From: an uncultured Chloroflexia bacterium
GTDB lineage: Bacteria; Chloroflexota; Anaerolineae; Anaerolineales; Anaerolineaceae
Direction of reading: 5' to 3'
DNA length: 32,000 bases
Assembly (NCBI GenBank): GCA_963704755.1
Contig: OY969938.1
Span: 3,960,001-3,992,000, forward strand
Under the pieces are notes generated by a model, which had not been told where the DNA came from, did no database searches, and was given only the letters and a program-made list of their open reading frames with translations. Positions 17,497 through 25,344 of this stretch are shown here, piece by piece. Position 1 is the stretch's first letter, and each line of letters starts with the position of its first letter. The position numbers and the translations under genes were made by a program.

Positions 17497-18263
17497 TTTT
17501 TCTCATCCCTAACCGGCAAAACCAGGCAGCCTTCTTCTTTATCCCCCAGGATGAGGACACGGTCGGGGTCGTTGACGGCCAGCCAGGCGATGTAGGCGGC
17601 CGCCAGGGCGTTCAACTCGTAAGGTGAATAGACCATCTCGTAGGGCAGGATGCCTTTCAGCAGATGGTGGCGGGTGATTTCTTCGAAAAAATTGAGCGGA
17701 TCGTTGACCGGCAGACCTTCCATGAACAAAACCAGTTGGCGCTGCAAACGTCCTTCCAGGATGCGCTGCTCGAACAGGTCGCAGCCTGCCAGGGAGGCGA
17801 ATGCCGCGGCGCTGTTGACTTCCAGGCGCTGGCGCTGGGCATCGCCGGCAGGAAAATCGACGTACCCCAGGCGGCGCAGCCTGTCTACCAGGGTGAATCC
17901 GCTCTGCATCCAGTGGGGACAATCCGCTGATTGGGACGGTGTACGGGTAGAAACCAATCCACGCTGGATCAATTCTGCTTCGGCCAGGCGCAGGTTGGAC
18001 CAGCCGCTGCCTTCTGGCTCGGGGAACAGGCGCTGGGTGGTTTCGTTCCATTCGGCCAGGCCTTTGTTGACCCCCGCGGGACTGTTGATCGCCACGATCG
18101 CCTGGTTTTGACCGGCCATGTAGGCCAATACGTCGCTCAATTTGCCTGTACCCAACGCCAGGATGGCCCGGTTCATGTCCAGGGCCAGGTAAGTAAATAA
18201 TCCCCGCCCGGCGGTTGGGTCGATTCCGATGAAAGCAGTTTGAGAGTCTGGGCCAGCCAACAT
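17478..18263 (-). CDS. DUF429-like protein (predicted RNase H-fold)
   Basis: 261 aa from the ATG at 18263 (an upstream TTG at 18317 is possible). N-terminal FIGIDPTAG motif. Confidence 0.55.
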   Translation of the reverse strand: MLAGPDSQTAFIGIDPTAGRGLFTYLALDMNRAILALGTGKLSDVLAYMAGQNQAIVAINSPAGVNKGLAEWNETTQRLFPEPEGSGWSNLRLAEAELIQRGLVSTRTPSQSADCPHWMQSGFTLVDRLRRLGYVDFPAGDAQRQRLEVNSAAAFASLAGCDLFEQRILEGRLQRQLVLFMEGLPVNDPLNFFEEITRHHLLKGILPYEMVYSPYELNALAAAYIAWLAVNDPDRVLILGDKEEGCLVLPVRDEKKIENRD

Positions 18264-18356
18264 GATAATTAAGTTTAATGTTAATTTGCGTTCCACGCAA
18301 CCGGCAATGGCAAGCAAGTTTTAAAGTAACTGTTCAGCCTGACAGGTAAGACCCCC

Positions 18357-18404
18357 GAATTTGATGTGTTTGCGAGAGCTTCGCCTCGCAAACACATCAA
18401 ATTC
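18357..18404. repeat. 48 bp palindrome, hairpin family A paralog
   Basis: GAATTTGATGTGTTTGCGAG..CTCGCAAACACATCAAATTC. Differs from the 21-70 copy by paired, compensatory arm substitutions. Confidence 0.8.
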
Positions 18405-18705
18405 GAGGACTCCTTTACACGCGCCTGAGCCGTTACCTTTTATAAAAACTAGATGAGCAAATATGAAAGGGTTGAAACCACGCGAAAGGGCCTTCTTGAG
18501 AAAGCCTTGAAGGGCAGCCGGCTCATTGACGGCCGGCAAAAACTGTATAATGGTTACTGTTATACTCAATATTTCATACCAGGCAGTCCACCATAAACCG
18601 CGTTAAGCCTGATAATGCCTGGAGAACAAGCGTCTCTCTAACATCCCGCCGGGACTGAACTGGCGCTTCATTTGTTTTCAATGCAGGTGCAACTGGATAA
18701 ACGAT

Positions 18706-19794
18706 ATGAAAGGATCTCGACTTTCCTCCCGGCTACTCCTTTTGGCCGGCTTGCTTTTTGTGGCCGGTTGCGGTTTGGTAAACACGCAAACGCCCACGCC
18801 CGTTCCTACCCTCAGCCCAACCCCGCTGCCCAGTGCCACGAACACATTTACCCCCACCGCGACGTTCACCACCACGCCCACATTCCCACCCAGCCCAACC
18901 CCGGTGCTGGACCCGTTGACCATCCAGGCAATGCGCCAGCGCGATTATCCCGGCAGCGACGTGCAAATCGAGCAAACCCTCACCCCGGCCTACAATTTCA
19001 ATCGCTACATTGCCTCGTATCGCTCCGAAGGTTTGAAGATTTACGCCCTGCTGACGGTACCTACCGGTGACCCGCCTGCGGGCGGCTGGCCGGTGATCAT
19101 TTTTAACCACGGTTATATCCCGCCGCAGTATTACCAGACGACCGAACGTTACGTGGCCTATGTCAATTACTTCGCCAGCCGGGGCTACATCGTGTTCAAG
19201 TCGGATTACCGCGGGCATGGCAACTCGGAAGGGGTGGCGAATGGCGCTTACGGCAGCCCGGACTACACCGTGGACGTGCTGAACGCGCTGGCCTCGATGA
19301 AACGCTTCCCTTCGGCCAACCCCGATAAGATCGGCATGTGGGGCCATTCGATGGGCGGTTACATCACTCTGCGCGCCATGGTGATATCCAAGGACATCAA
19401 GGCCGGGGTGATCTGGGCCGGCGTGATCGGATCCTACGAAGATATGATGGTCAACTGGCACCCTGCTCCGCCGCCAACTTCTTCGGAAAGCTCGCAGCAT
19501 TTTGCGCAGCAGTTGATCGATAAACACGGCACGCCGCAGCAGAATCAGTCGTTTTGGGATTCGATCTCGGCGGTCACATACCTGGCCGACTTGAGCGGCC
19601 CGTTGCAACTGCACCACACCCTGGAGGATTCGGAGGTGCCCGAGATTTTTTCCGAGCACGTGTACGAGGCGGCCCAGGCCATCGGCGCACCGGTGGAGTT
19701 GTATACCTATCCCGGCGACGACCACAACATTTCCAATTATTTCAGCCTGGCCATGCAGCGCTCGGTGGCCTTCTTCGATCAATACGTGAAATAG
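18706..19794 (+). CDS. Lipoprotein, alpha/beta hydrolase (S9 prolyl oligopeptidase / dienelactone hydrolase-like)
   Basis: 362 aa with signal peptide and lipobox LFVAGC, a Thr/Pro-rich linker, nucleophile elbow GMWGHSMGG and C-terminal GDDHN. Confidence 0.8.
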   Translation: MKGSRLSSRLLLLAGLLFVAGCGLVNTQTPTPVPTLSPTPLPSATNTFTPTATFTTTPTFPPSPTPVLDPLTIQAMRQRDYPGSDVQIEQTLTPAYNFNRYIASYRSEGLKIYALLTVPTGDPPAGGWPVIIFNHGYIPPQYYQTTERYVAYVNYFASRGYIVFKSDYRGHGNSEGVANGAYGSPDYTVDVLNALASMKRFPSANPDKIGMWGHSMGGYITLRAMVISKDIKAGVIWAGVIGSYEDMMVNWHPAPPPTSSESSQHFAQQLIDKHGTPQQNQSFWDSISAVTYLADLSGPLQLHHTLEDSEVPEIFSEHVYEAAQAIGAPVELYTYPGDDHNISNYFSLAMQRSVAFFDQYVK

Positions 19795-19797
19795 ATT

Positions 19798-19870
19798 TAC
19801 CACGGAGGCACGGAGTACACGGAGAAGAAAAGAAAGAAAAACGCAGAGAGAGTATAGAGAAAAGAAAAGA
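19798..19870. repeat. CACGGAG module plus purine-rich tail immediately after the hydrolase stop
   Basis: TACCACGGAGGCACGGAGTACACGGAGAAGAAAAGAAAGAAAAACGCAGAGAGAGTATAGAGAAAAG. Confidence 0.8.
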
Positions 19871-20147
19871 GGACGATTAACCGTTTGAAGGGACAATGGC
19901 CTAAGGTGGATCGGCCCGGTCTCCAGACCGAGGCCGCTCTTATCGACTGGTCAGGAAAATTCTCCACGGAGAAACGCGTAGTACGCTGAGGTTTTTAAAT
20001 ATGGGCGACGTTGTAGGGTGCGTTTGAGGGCTGACTTTCCCGGCGCCTGCGGACCACCCCAGGCATAGCCTACCCTTACGTGCCCGGAACGCACCATTAC
20101 CGTGCTGCCTTTACAAATAAGAACACGGAGCGCACGGAGAAGAATTT

Positions 20148-20204
20148 TGGCAGGTTCGAGTTTTGGGCGGCTTTGCCGCCCAAAACTCGAACCTGCCATT
20201 TTTT
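20148..20204. terminator. Perfect 24 bp-stem hairpin plus T6, abutting the stop of the 20203 SDR gene
   Basis: TGGCAGGTTCGAGTTTTGGGCGGC, loop TTT, GCCGCCCAAAACTCGAACCTGCCA, then TTTTTT. The T-tract is on the plus strand. Confidence 0.6.
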
Positions 20205-21084
20205 AAAAGCGGGCTTTGAGGATGGCGTCGCAGAGCGGTTGGGGCAGGGCCTCCAGAAAGGCGGCCGCGCCGGACAGGTAACCGACGCCGTAGCGCCTGC
20301 GCGGGTTGCGCGCCACGAGCGCCTTATACACCACTTTGGCGACTTCCTCCGGCGCGGCGCGGTGGCTGTCGAAGGCGGCCATATCCTCGCCCCAGGAGCG
20401 CAGGCGGTCTTCGTATAGCCGAATGCGATCGGGCGGAGACTGGCGTAACCCGGCCTCCAGGTCGCTCAAGGTATTCAGCCCGGAACGGGTTTTGATGCCC
20501 CCGCAGCGGATCATCACGTTGGGGATGTTCCAGGGTTGTAACTCGATCTCCAGCGTGCGGGCCAGGCAGTTGACGGCAAAGTCGCAGGCATGGATGCCGG
20601 CCACGTAGGGGGTGGGCATGATGGCCGGGGTGACGATCCAGACCAGCCGGCCGTGTGCCTGGCGGATCAGTGGCAGGAAGGCCTGGGTCAGGGCGACCGA
20701 GCCCAACAGGCGCGCCTGCAGCTCCTGGCCGAAGCGATCCAGGTCCATCAGTTCGACCGGCCCGACCGAACTGCCGCCGGCATTATTAATTAGCGCATAT
20801 AGCCCGGTCAGCCCACGCTGCTGCAGCTCATGCTCCACCTGGACGGCCGCCTGGGTGATCTGGTCCCGGCGGGTCAGGTCGAGCGGGCAAACCGGCACCA
20901 GGTTGGGCTCTTTCAGGCTGCGCAGGTTTTCGGCGTCGCTTTCCTTGCGCACGGTGGCGAACACGGTAAATCCACTGTGGGCCAGGTGGATGGCGGTTGC
21001 CCGGCCGATGCCGGAAGAACACCCGCTGATGAATACGGCTTTCCCTTGGGAAATAAACTTTTGTTTTCGATCAGTACGAATCAT
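20203..21084 (-). CDS. SDR-fold protein with a non-canonical active site
   Basis: 293 aa from the ATG at 21084, with GGAG 7 nt upstream. SGCSSGIG and INNAG are present. By manual alignment IHACDFAV sits where YxxxK (YSASKFAV) is expected. Confidence 0.75.
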   Translation of the reverse strand: MIRTDRKQKFISQGKAVFISGCSSGIGRATAIHLAHSGFTVFATVRKESDAENLRSLKEPNLVPVCPLDLTRRDQITQAAVQVEHELQQRGLTGLYALINNAGGSSVGPVELMDLDRFGQELQARLLGSVALTQAFLPLIRQAHGRLVWIVTPAIMPTPYVAGIHACDFAVNCLARTLEIELQPWNIPNVMIRCGGIKTRSGLNTLSDLEAGLRQSPPDRIRLYEDRLRSWGEDMAAFDSHRAAPEEVAKVVYKALVARNPRRRYGVGYLSGAAAFLEALPQPLCDAILKARF

Positions 21085-21102
21085 AAGAGACTCCAAATGA
21101 AT

Positions 21103-21207
21103 GGCGATTGGCGGGTAGCGGTTAGCTTTTAGCGGTTAGCTGTTAGCTGTTGGCGATTAGCTGTTAGCAGTTAGCGGTTAGGGCTGAGTGGTGAGTGGTT
21201 AGCTTTC
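21103..21207. repeat. Heptanucleotide array, about 15 units (AGCNGTT period 7)
   Basis: GGCGATT GGCGGGT AGCGGTT AGCTTTT AGCGGTT AGCTGTT AGCTGTT GGCGATT AGCTGTT AGCAGTT AGCGGTT ... between the TetR stop and the SDR start. Confidence 0.9.
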
Positions 21208-21216
21208 TATTGCATG

Positions 21217-21801
21217 TTATTTGAATAATTTTTCGACCAGGCGATGGATGAATTTTTGGCGATCTTCCGGGTCGCGGGCGTCGAAGTTCAGACTGTTGTG
21301 AAACAGGCCTGGTGCCAGGCTCATCAGAAACATGGCCGACATCATCTGGGCTACGGCCAGGCGCAGGGTGTCTTCGTCCAGGTCGGCGCCGTGCCGGCGC
21401 AGGTCGGCAACCAGGAGCGTGATAAATTGGTCCAGCCGGTTCACGGTCGGGATATCGTAATTGCCCTCGTTAACGATCTGGTAGAAATGGGCGCGGGTCA
21501 TCTGGGGATAATTGGTGGCGCCTTCCAGCAAATGGTTGAGGATGGTCTCGCATTCTTCCTGTGGGGTCACCTCCTCGCTAAATGAGAAATCCTGCCAATC
21601 GAAGGCATTTTTGAGGGTGACTTCCATTACCTTTTGGATCAGCACATCTTTGCTGCGGAAGTAATAATTGACGGCCGCGCCATTGACCCCGGCGATTTCA
21701 GCGATCTTGCGATTGGTCGTCGCCTGGATGCCGTTTTGTTCGATACAGTCGATGGCGGCCTGAATAATTTTTTCTTCGACGTTAACCGATTTTTCTTCCA
21801 T
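21217..21801 (-). CDS. TetR/AcrR family transcriptional regulator
   Basis: 194 aa with N-terminal HTH TTNRKIAEIAGVNGAAVNYYFRSKDVL. GGAG RBS. Confidence 0.9.
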   Translation of the reverse strand: MEEKSVNVEEKIIQAAIDCIEQNGIQATTNRKIAEIAGVNGAAVNYYFRSKDVLIQKVMEVTLKNAFDWQDFSFSEEVTPQEECETILNHLLEGATNYPQMTRAHFYQIVNEGNYDIPTVNRLDQFITLLVADLRRHGADLDEDTLRLAVAQMMSAMFLMSLAPGLFHNSLNFDARDPEDRQKFIHRLVEKLFK

Positions 21802-21816
21802 ACTCCAACTCCAATT

Positions 21817-22695
21817 TCAAGCGATAATGCCGCATAAACGGCAGGAAAGGTCCCACAGCCTGGCCGCGGCCTTGTCGGATTGAGCCAGCCGGCTGGGTGT
21901 TTTGGGTTGGCAGTCGTGCCAGTAGGTCTCCGGGCTGTCTTGCAGGCCGGGCTCCCCGGCCAGGTAGAGGATGGTCTGGGCCGGGACTTCCGGGTCCGCG
22001 CCTTTCTGTCGGCGCGATTGCCAGACCGTCCGCGAGAGCCAGTCGGTGTTCTTCAGCCCGATCTCGGTGTTGACCAGGCCGGGATCGACGGCGAAGGCAT
22101 GTACGCCCGTGGCGGTATAGCGGCGGTTGAACTCGCGGGTGAACAGCACATTGGACAGCTTGGAGACCTTATAAGCCCACAGGCCAATGTGGATCAACGG
22201 GTTGGCCAGGCGGTTGTAGTTCAAAAATGTACGGTAGTGCGAATCGGAACTGACCGTGATCACCCGGCCGGCCGGCGCCGCCTGGAGCAGGGGCAGAAGC
22301 TCGTGGGCCAGCAGAAAAGGCGCCAGGTGGTTGACGGCGAAGGTCAGTTCCACGCAGTCCACCGTCTGGATGTGCCTGCCGGAATAGGTGCCGGCGTTGT
22401 TGACCAGCACGTCCAGGTGGTCCCGGCCGGAGCCGGCCAGTACGGCGGCCGTTTTTTCGGCCAGCTTGCGCACCTGGCTCTGGCTGGACAGGTCGGCGAC
22501 CAGGTAGGTGACCTGGGTCTGCGGGTACAGCCGGCGCAGGTCTTCTTCGGCGGCCGCGCAGCGGGCGTCCGAGCGGCCGACCCCGATTACAAATGCGCCT
22601 TGTTGGGCGAATTCCTCGGCGGTTTTGCGGCCGATACCGGAGGTGGCGCCGGTGATCAAAACAGATTTGTCTTTAAGTCGATTTTCTTCACTCAT
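21817..22695 (-). CDS. Short-chain dehydrogenase/reductase (classical SDR, retinol-dehydrogenase-like)
   Basis: 292 aa with VLITGATSGIGRKTA, NNAG and catalytic YKVSK. Confidence 0.9.
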   Translation of the reverse strand: MSEENRLKDKSVLITGATSGIGRKTAEEFAQQGAFVIGVGRSDARCAAAEEDLRRLYPQTQVTYLVADLSSQSQVRKLAEKTAAVLAGSGRDHLDVLVNNAGTYSGRHIQTVDCVELTFAVNHLAPFLLAHELLPLLQAAPAGRVITVSSDSHYRTFLNYNRLANPLIHIGLWAYKVSKLSNVLFTREFNRRYTATGVHAFAVDPGLVNTEIGLKNTDWLSRTVWQSRRQKGADPEVPAQTILYLAGEPGLQDSPETYWHDCQPKTPSRLAQSDKAAARLWDLSCRLCGIIA

Positions 22696-22784
22696 TGCTT
22701 TGGTTCCTGATTAATCCTGGGTGCCTTTGCAGGGATTTACCACGGATGACTCTATTGAAAAAAGTACTCCTCGGAAGAGAGAAA

Positions 22785-22831
22785 CGCTACATGTGAGGGA
22801 AACGGCGAAGCCGTTTCCCTCACATGTAGCG
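22785..22831. repeat. Perfect 22 bp-stem palindrome in the leader of the SDR-TetR-SDR operon
   Basis: CGCTACATGTGAGGGAAACGGC, loop GAA, then GCCGTTTCCCTCACATGTAGCG. Pyrimidine/T-rich tracts flank it on both strands. Confidence 0.75.
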
Positions 22832-22904
22832 GTCTTCTTTCGGTTTCGGATTTTTTTCAGTGGACTCACAGATGAACACCGATGGGAAGTGATATTTAAT
22901 AATT

Positions 22905-22932
22905 AGTATAGTTCAAACGCGTGATTTGTCAA
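22905..22932 (-). promoter_or_regulatory. Sigma-70-type promoter (TTGACA-16-TATACT) facing the SDR-TetR-SDR operon
   Basis: The minus strand reads TTGACAaatcacgcgtttgaacTATACT. Confidence 0.55.
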
Positions 22933-22963
22933 TATGTTTCAATCTAATGATTTAATCAAGCGA

Positions 22964-22992
22964 TTGACAATTGGAATGGATTGATGTATAGT
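22964..22992 (+). promoter_or_regulatory. Sigma-70-type promoter (TTGACA-17-TATAGT) facing the 23101 SDR gene
   Basis: TTGACAattggaatggattgatgTATAGT, back-to-back with the minus-strand promoter. Confidence 0.55.
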
Positions 22993-23100
22993 TTTATTGA
23001 AAATTTGGCCAATCTAAAAACTTATCGGAAACGGGGCTTGGAAAGCTAATTCCTAAGCCAATCGTTTTCCGCCAACTCAAAAACAAAAAGGATTGCAAAG

Positions 23101-23925
23101 ATGAAATCGTACGCGATGATTACCGGTGCGACGGGTGGGTTGGGCAGCGCTTTTGGGATCGATTGTGCCCGGCGCGGCTACGACCTGGTGCTGACCGACC
23201 GCAACCCGGCCGGGGAAGAGCATGCCCGGGTGATTGCCGGGACCTATGGAGTAGAGGTGCACTATCTGCCCTGCGACCTGACCGATCCGCAGGGGCGCCA
23301 GCGCCTGTATGAAGAGCTGTCCCGGCGCGGCTGGCGGTTCTGGGCCTTGTTCAACGTGGCGGGCGTGGATTATGAAGGCGCGTTTTTGCAGCGCACCCGC
23401 GAGCAAATCCTGACCGTGGTTCGTTTGAATATGGAATCGACCGTGGATACGACCTACTCGATCCTCAACCTGCGAGACCCGGGCCGGCGCTTTATGCTGG
23501 TCAATGTGTGCAGCCTGGCTGCCTTTTTCCCGATGCCATATAAAGGGCTTTACGCGGCCTCCAAGCGCTTCTTGCTCAACCTATCCCTGGCCCTGGGGGA
23601 GGAGATCAAATCTTTTGGCAGTGTGACCGCCCTGTGCCCGGCCGGTATGCCGACCACGCTCGAAACCAGCCAGGCGATTTTTGCCCAGGGTTTTTGGGGT
23701 AAGGTGACCACTTACGATGCGCCCACAGTGGCCCGTTTGACGATCGACCAGGCCCTGCGGGGTAAGCCGGTGGTCATCCCGGGGGCGATCAACCAGGCCG
23801 TTCAGGGCCTGGGCGGGCTGCTGCCGGAAAGGCTGTTGGTCAAGACGGTTGCGGAGCGCTGGTCGGCGGCCCAAAATGAACGAGCCGGGCTGGCGGCGGT
23901 CAAGCTGGACCGGGCAGGGGTGTAA
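23101..23925 (+). CDS. Short-chain dehydrogenase/reductase (classical SDR)
   Basis: 274 aa with MITGATGGLGSAF and catalytic YAASK. Confidence 0.9.
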   Translation: MKSYAMITGATGGLGSAFGIDCARRGYDLVLTDRNPAGEEHARVIAGTYGVEVHYLPCDLTDPQGRQRLYEELSRRGWRFWALFNVAGVDYEGAFLQRTREQILTVVRLNMESTVDTTYSILNLRDPGRRFMLVNVCSLAAFFPMPYKGLYAASKRFLLNLSLALGEEIKSFGSVTALCPAGMPTTLETSQAIFAQGFWGKVTTYDAPTVARLTIDQALRGKPVVIPGAINQAVQGLGGLLPERLLVKTVAERWSAAQNERAGLAAVKLDRAGV

Positions 23926-23956
23926 TGCTCCACTCGCTTGATTGAGAAGATTAAAT

Positions 23957-23993
23957 AACCACGGAGGCACGGAGCGCACGGAGAATAAAGAGG
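23957..23993. repeat. CACGGAG module downstream of the SDR stop
   Basis: AACCACGGAGGCACGGAGCGCACGGAGAATAAAGAGG. Confidence 0.8.
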
Positions 23994-23997
23994 AGAA

Positions 23998-24176
23998 CTG
24001 TAGGGTGGGTGAAGGGCTCATTCATAAAGCCGGCGACCTGCACACCGGCAAAACCTATGAAACACTGCCCGTAACCCACCATCGTATCCGGATGGTGGGT
24101 TACGGGCAATTCCCGGGTTGAGGTAGTTGCTCTTTGTTCGCCAGTGTTATGAATGAGCCCTGCACCCACCCTACAG
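23998..24176. mobile_element. 179 bp MITE-like element with 30 bp terminal inverted repeats
   Basis: Left end CTGTAGGGTGGGTGAAGGGCTCATTCATAA against right end TTATGAATGAGCCCTGCACCCACCCTACAG (29/30 complementary). Internal hairpin at 24067-24107. No ORF. Confidence 0.7.
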
Positions 24177-24256
24177 CACCGAAACACCGCAACACCGAAA
24201 CACCGCAACACCGAAACACCGCAACACCGAAACACCGCAACACCGAAACACCGCAA
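24177..24256. repeat. 16-nt tandem repeat, 5 copies (CACCGAAACACCGCAA)
   Basis: Five exact units directly abut the MITE-like element, followed by a decayed CACTGCAACACTGCC. Confidence 0.95.
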
Positions 24257-24335
24257 CACTGCAACACTGCCCTGCCCCCCACACTTTCGCTCTTCCTTTC
24301 TTGACGCTTTTCGGGCTTTATATTACGATAATCAG

Positions 24336-24737
24336 GTGAAGCCGTTACCTCGTCACCAGCTCGCCATTCTCACCGGCGTCGATGCGCTGATTCTCTTGGC
24401 CGTGACGATGATCGGTTTTGCCAGTCACCAGCACAGCCTGGCTGGAGGGCGCTGGCTAACGACGTTTTTACCTTTGGCGCTGGCCTGGTTGTTGACTTCG
24501 CCCTGGTTCGGCTTATACTCGCCCGGAATCGTGGACCGTCCGGGCCAGTTCTGGCGGGCGCTGTGGGCCGCCGCGATCGCAGCACCGCTGGCAGTCTTTT
24601 TCCGCGGGGTCTGGCTGCAAACCAGTGTCGATCCGATCTTCACGGCGGTCATGATGGCTACGACGGCATTGGGATTAGGTCTGTGGCGCTTGATTTGGGG
24701 ATTGCTTGCCTCAGGAAAGAAAACCTCCCATGGATGA
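24336..24737 (+). CDS. DUF3054-like membrane protein
   Basis: 133 aa if the GTG at 24336 is the start; the start is uncertain. 4 TM helices and motif DALILLAVTMIGFASHQH. The N-terminal part of the long ORF is repeat DNA. Confidence 0.6.
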   Translation: MKPLPRHQLAILTGVDALILLAVTMIGFASHQHSLAGGRWLTTFLPLALAWLLTSPWFGLYSPGIVDRPGQFWRALWAAAIAAPLAVFFRGVWLQTSVDPIFTAVMMATTALGLGLWRLIWGLLASGKKTSHG

Positions 24738-25344
24738 GGCGCAACTGGTTGAAGCTGCCCTGCACGGCGATCTGGATGCTTTCAACGACCTGGTCGTGGT
24801 CTACCAGGAAATAGCATTTAACCTGGCTTACAGGATGCTGGACGATGATTCGGCGGCCGAGGACGCGACCCAAACGGCTTTCATTTCCGCTTACCGCAAC
24901 CTGAAAAATTACCGGGGGGGCTCATTCCGCGCCTGGGTGCTGCGCATGGTCACCAACACCTGCTACGACGAGCTGCGCCGGCGCCATCGCCGGCCGACCA
25001 TACCGCTGGAGCCGTTCAGCGCTGCCGATGACGAGGAAATCGAATCGCCCGCCTGGATCGCCGACGATGATCCCTCGCCGGAAAACCAGGCCGAATCGCG
25101 CGAATTGGAAAACGCCATCAGCCACTGCATCCAGGAGTTGCCGGATGATTTTAGGGCGGTGGTGATTATGGTCGATGTGCAGGGCATGGACTACGCCGAA
25201 GTCTCCCAGATCACGGGTAAGCCGCTGGGGACGGTCAAAAGCCGTCTGGCCCGCGCCCGGCTGCGAATGCGGGATTGTTTGGGCGGAATGAGGGAACTTT
25301 TACCGGAGCAGTTTCGTCTAGGAGCAGAGGAAAAAATATCGTGA
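24730..25344 (+). CDS. ECF-type RNA polymerase sigma-70 factor
   Basis: 204 aa. Region 2 reads FNDLVVVYQEIAFNLAYRML..AEDATQTAFISAYRNL and region 4 reads MDYAEVSQITGKPLGTVKSRLARAR. The ATG overlaps the upstream stop (ATGGATGA). Confidence 0.9.
   Translation: MDEAQLVEAALHGDLDAFNDLVVVYQEIAFNLAYRMLDDDSAAEDATQTAFISAYRNLKNYRGGSFRAWVLRMVTNTCYDELRRRHRRPTIPLEPFSAADDEEIESPAWIADDDPSPENQAESRELENAISHCIQELPDDFRAVVIMVDVQGMDYAEVSQITGKPLGTVKSRLARARLRMRDCLGGMRELLPEQFRLGAEEKIS

Noticed and set aside
18321-18569. An 82 aa minus-strand ORF between the DUF429-like and hydrolase genes.
   Set aside because: It spans the family A palindrome and a promoter-like region. It has no RBS and no recognisable fold.
19900-20100. 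Another MITE-like copy (TTGTAGGGTG ... CCTACCCTTACG), and the 82 aa ORF at 19951-20199.
   Set aside because: The end similarity is too short and imperfect to call. The ORF runs through repeat modules and a terminator hairpin.
24153-24335. An N-terminal HRNTATPK-repeat extension of the DUF3054-like ORF.
   Set aside because: It is encoded by an exact 16-nt tandem repeat (not a multiple of 3) plus the MITE-like terminus, which is a noncoding signature.
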